Source: Bacteroidia bacterium
GTDB lineage: Bacteria > Bacteroidota > Bacteroidia > NS11-12g > UBA9320
Direction: 5' to 3'
DNA length: 34,760 nt
Assembly: GCA_029253325.1 (NCBI GenBank)
Contig: JAQWZS010000002.1
Span: forward strand, 1 to 34,760
A program made the position numbers and the translations under genes. Below, one piece after another: positions 33,344 to 34,760 of the stretch (the stretch's first letter is position 1; the number at the start of each line of letters is the position of its first letter). The notes beneath the pieces were generated by a model. It saw only the letters and a program-made list of their open reading frames with translations, was not told the DNA's origin and did not search any database.

Positions 33344-33604
33344 TTAGCTCCAGCGTTTTAATTTTGGGATATTAAGTGTGATTAGGCCTGCTACAAACCC
33401 AGGAAACCCTATATCTTTTAATTTATCTTTAATGAATGCTTGCATCTTTTTTGGAGTGTCAATTTCGATGTTTTGGAATCTGCCATGTACATAACAATAA
33501 GAACAATAGAGTATGCTTTTTGAGCCATCAATGTTTGTGCCACCACCCATTTTGTCCTTTTTAAGCGGCATGCCGCAACTTTGACAAAGTTTATAATTTT
33601 TCAT
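33344..33604 (-). CDS. small zinc-ribbon domain protein
   Basis: CQSCGMPL...GTNIDGSKSILYCSYCYVHGRF has four Cys in a CxxC...CxxC arrangement, and the C-terminus is IPKLKRWS. The start overlaps the upstream stop (ATGA at 33601-33604). Confidence 0.7.
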   Translation of the reverse strand: MKNYKLCQSCGMPLKKDKMGGGTNIDGSKSILYCSYCYVHGRFQNIEIDTPKKMQAFIKDKLKDIGFPGFVAGLITLNIPKLKRWS

Positions 33605-34425
33605 TTGTTTCTTGATTTTAGCTTCTCAATGATGAAATCAGGAATGATTGAATTAGCTATATTTACTAGCTTATTGTAATACTCCATTTTACTGTTGTCT
33701 AGACCTTTTCTATTGCTAAAGGTTGTTGTTATTCTGTTTTTTTGACTCTCATTTAGTTCACTGATAGGTCTGCCGTTGGTGTAATAGTAAAGGGCTAATG
33801 ATTTACGACTGTTTCCTTCTGGACAATTCAATGGGTCTGGGTGACCATGCCAAGAATCTCCAGTGGTAGAGAACATGGCTGCTCGGTTAAATTTTGGAAG
33901 TATTTTGGATACACATTGACTCATATCTTTTTCCCATAATTCCAAATGACCGCCATATTCCTCTTCCCAGTCCTTATTGAGGTAGATTAAAAAATTTACT
34001 CTACGACTTAATTGAAGTTTTTTATTTTTATGAAAATCAACATGAACCTTGAGGAACCCTCCAGGTTTAATCTCGTGAAACCCTCCTCCTTCAAAGTAGG
34101 GGTCAGGGATCAAAGTTTCTTCAATACCCGTAATTTTTTGAAGAAACTCCAAGAAGGGCTGAGAATTTAAAAAATGAACCAACTTTTTAGTTTGATTACC
34201 AAAAGTGTACTCACCTTTGGTAGCGTATTTATCCTCATTAGGATTAGCATAGTATATTTTATCTTTGAGTTGATCAACTCTTGGGAATTCTTTAAGTACT
34301 TCCTCTAAGAAATTTTCGTCAAAGAAATCATCAATATATATGCTTGGAAATGGTTTGTTAGTTTGATAGGTGTTTGCCAGTTCGTTTGCTAATTTTTGAA
34401 GGTTAGTTTTCGAAGAGTTTAGCAT
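33601..34425 (-). CDS. 2OG-Fe(II) oxygenase (prolyl-4-hydroxylase-like superfamily)
   Basis: HxD in GGFLKVHVDFH; RRVNFLIYLNKDWEEEYGGHLELW; distal His in GDSWHGHP; 2OG-binding Arg in RKSLALYYY. Confidence 0.8.
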   Translation of the reverse strand: MLNSSKTNLQKLANELANTYQTNKPFPSIYIDDFFDENFLEEVLKEFPRVDQLKDKIYYANPNEDKYATKGEYTFGNQTKKLVHFLNSQPFLEFLQKITGIEETLIPDPYFEGGGFHEIKPGGFLKVHVDFHKNKKLQLSRRVNFLIYLNKDWEEEYGGHLELWEKDMSQCVSKILPKFNRAAMFSTTGDSWHGHPDPLNCPEGNSRKSLALYYYTNGRPISELNESQKNRITTTFSNRKGLDNSKMEYYNKLVNIANSIIPDFIIEKLKSRNK

Positions 34426-34569
34426 AGTTAATTAAAATAGATAGTTTATTAAAATGCAAGGTTAGTCTTAGTTGGATTGTCTTTTTATGATTAAAATCAT
34501 GTTTTGTGTTAATTTATATCATAAAGTGGGCTAAAAGTATAGTCTGTTAAAGCACTAATTCGATTTATT

Positions 34570-34577
34570 TAAATTTG
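34570..34577 (+). promoter_or_regulatory. -7 promoter box (TAAATTTG) for the Nif3-like gene
   Basis: Exact TAnnTTTG match with only 4 nt before the ATG at 34582, implying a leaderless-type transcript. Confidence 0.4.
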
Positions 34578-34581
34578 TGTC

Positions 34582-34760
34582 ATGCAATTGAAATCTATTA
34601 TAGATTATCTTGAATCTGTTGCCCCCCTTAAATATCAAGAGAGTTATGACAATAGTGGGCTCTTAGTTGGAGAAAAATCGTTGGATATAACCGGGGTACT
34701 CATCAGCTTAGACTGCACAGAAGAAATTGTTTCAGAAGCAATTAATGAAAAATGCAATTT
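34582..34760 (+). CDS. Nif3-like dinuclear metal centre protein (YbgI family); N-terminal fragment running off the right edge
   Basis: Absent from the ORF track. Hand translation gives MQLKSIIDYLESVAPLKYQESYDNSGLLVGEKSLDITGVLISLDCTEEIVSEAINEKCN, which fits the Nif3 N-terminal pattern (A P...E.WDN.GL.VG....V.....LD.T..V..EA). Confidence 0.75.
   Translation, partial: MQLKSIIDYLESVAPLKYQESYDNSGLLVGEKSLDITGVLISLDCTEEIVSEAINEKCN

Noticed and set aside
34487-34500. Palindrome atgatt-aa-aatcat upstream of the 2OG oxygenase and nif3 genes
   Set aside because: It is a short (6-bp arms), entirely AT-rich dyad in an AT-rich spacer, so it is plausibly a chance occurrence. I found no second copy.
1-34760. 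Search for CRISPR arrays, transposases, integrases, phage genes, toxin-antitoxin pairs or known defence systems
   Set aside because: I saw no direct-repeat/spacer periodicity, no DDE/serine/tyrosine recombinase motifs, no terminal inverted repeats and no restriction, helicase, nuclease or NTPase defence genes. The window is essentially core chromosome.

Overview
This window reads as a compact, visibly AT-rich chromosomal segment of a Bacteroidota (Flavobacteriia-like) genome. I call 34 protein genes, including two edge-truncated genes absent from the ORF track, plus tRNA-Asp(GTC) and tRNA-Phe(GAA). I see no rRNA, CRISPR array, transposase, integrase or phage genes.

The taxon call rests on four things visible in the sequence: a T9SS type-B C-terminal sorting domain, exact TAnnTTTG -7 promoter boxes just upstream of many start codons, no Shine-Dalgarno motifs, and a uppS-bamA block preceded by tandem beta-barrel paralogs.

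Content is mostly housekeeping and envelope biogenesis:
- Envelope and surface sugars: ppiD-like PPIase, waaA, ugd-uxs-WbpD-like acetyltransferase, WbqC-like, ldcA-GtrA, uppS, bamA.
- Core metabolism and translation: lysS, accA, folK, acyl-CoA dehydrogenase, FAD oxidoreductase, NMO/FabK-like flavoprotein, mgsA, ridA, rlmG-like methyltransferase, Nif3-like.

I do not find a convincing canonical defence or mobile system, and no clear-cut novel multi-gene system. The best candidates for a second look are:
1. A split HdrED/DsrMK-like membrane Fe-S plus CCG oxidoreductase pair of unknown substrate (29412-31522).
2. A small accessory-looking islet between rlmG and nif3: a 2OG-Fe(II) oxygenase overlapping a zinc-ribbon protein, plus a secreted protein (32672-34425).
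3. An AlbA_2/Schlafen-like plus wHTH protein tucked 6 nt behind the NMO/FabK-like gene (21941-22567).
4. A 3-hydroxyacyl-CoA dehydrogenase-fold protein that has lost its cofactor and catalytic motifs, in an operon with mgsA.
5. A 1009-aa SBBP-PKD-T9SS surface protein translationally coupled to a BNR propeller protein.

Several ORF-track start codons are over-extended, and I revised them using promoter boxes and signal peptides. All family assignments are by eye from motifs; no searches were run.
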